The notes below the pieces were generated by a model. The model was not told where the DNA came from, made no database searches, and worked only from the letters and a program-made list of their open reading frames with translations. The translations under genes and the position numbers were made by a program. Positions 14,676 through 15,245 of a stretch of 15,245 nt of DNA are shown piece after piece; positions within the stretch are counted from its first letter, which is position 1; each line of letters begins with the position of its first letter. Source of the DNA: Candidatus Zixiibacteriota bacterium (GTDB lineage: Bacteria > Zixibacteria > MSB-5A5 > WJJR01); assembly GCA_036170655.1 (NCBI GenBank), contig JAVHPP010000059.1, positions 1 through 15,245 on the forward strand. Direction: 5' to 3'.

Positions 14676-15244
14676 ACCACGTACGCCAATATGGTAAACA
14701 CGATGATGTAGAGAATGGCCACCCAGCCGATGGCCGTGAACCACCGGTTACGTTCCTCATGGGCCGCACTGCGATCAAGGAACGGGACCAGGACCAGCGC
14801 CGCTCCGGCCAGTCCAAACCCGATGATCCCCAGCAACTCACCATTGATGAACAACACTTTGCCCGGGATGTATTTCAATGTCTGGAACATGAAGCAGAAG
14901 AACCATTCCGGGCGAATTCCGGCGGGAGCGGACGCCATCGGGTCGGCTTTCTCCCCGAGTTCCCACGGGAAAATCGATGCCAGCAAAACGAGGATCCCCA
15001 GCGCCAGCGTCCAACCCACCAAGTCACGCAACGCAAAGTTCGGGATAAAGGGCATTTGCTTGCACTTTTTGTACTCATCTCCGATGGGGACGCTCATTCC
15101 CTGCTTCTGCACCAGTGCCAGATGTCCTAAAAGGAAGAACGTGGCGATCATTGGCAGCACGGCCACATGGATGCCGAAGAACCGCGTCAGCGTCGCCCCT
15201 GTGACATCCGTACCGCCACGAGCCACCGTCAGAAGCCAATTCCC
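14672..15244 (-). CDS. petB: Cytochrome b subunit of a Rieske/cytochrome b complex (5' partial; b6-like plus subunit IV-like fusion)
   Basis: Frame is open to the window edge. RGG.DV...TLTRFFGIHVAVLP...GHL (helix D heme ligands), KQGMS, PF.PNF..RD, ADP...P.GIRPEWFF (Qo motif), and two further TM helices. Confidence 0.9.
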   Translation of the reverse strand, partial: GNWLLTVARGGTDVTGATLTRFFGIHVAVLPMIATFFLLGHLALVQKQGMSVPIGDEYKKCKQMPFIPNFALRDLVGWTLALGILVLLASIFPWELGEKADPMASAPAGIRPEWFFCFMFQTLKYIPGKVLFINGELLGIIGFGLAGAALVLVPFLDRSAAHEERNRWFTAIGWVAILYIIVFTILAYVV

Positions 15245-15245
15245 A

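Overview
GC-rich bacterial window with four parts. (1) 53-982: a membrane-anchored thioredoxin-fold (CxxC) protein followed by a small, secreted six-cysteine peptide with a strong RBS and a terminator. (2) 1034-7665: a bactofilin-like/beta-helix membrane protein carrying an apparent 1-nt frameshift, a divergent membrane GAF-GGDEF diguanylate cyclase, and a translationally coupled peptidoglycan-recycling operon (nagZ-anmK-SpoIID/LytB lipoprotein). (3) 7657-8988: an OmpA-C-like gene bracketed by REP/MITE-like palindromes, including two hairpins with identical 26-bp arms. (4) 9042-15245, minus strand: an electron-transfer cluster of cytochrome b (partial; b6-like, fused to subunit IV, PEWF), a membrane-anchored 9-heme cytochrome, an EB_dh/DOMON-like heme lipoprotein, a predicted outer-membrane beta-barrel and a 14-heme cytochrome. 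Together these may form a quinol-to-cell-surface conduit. The best candidates for undescribed systems are the cytochrome b-linked porin-cytochrome cluster and the redoxin plus Cys-rich peptide module. All calls come from motif recognition by eye; no searches were run.
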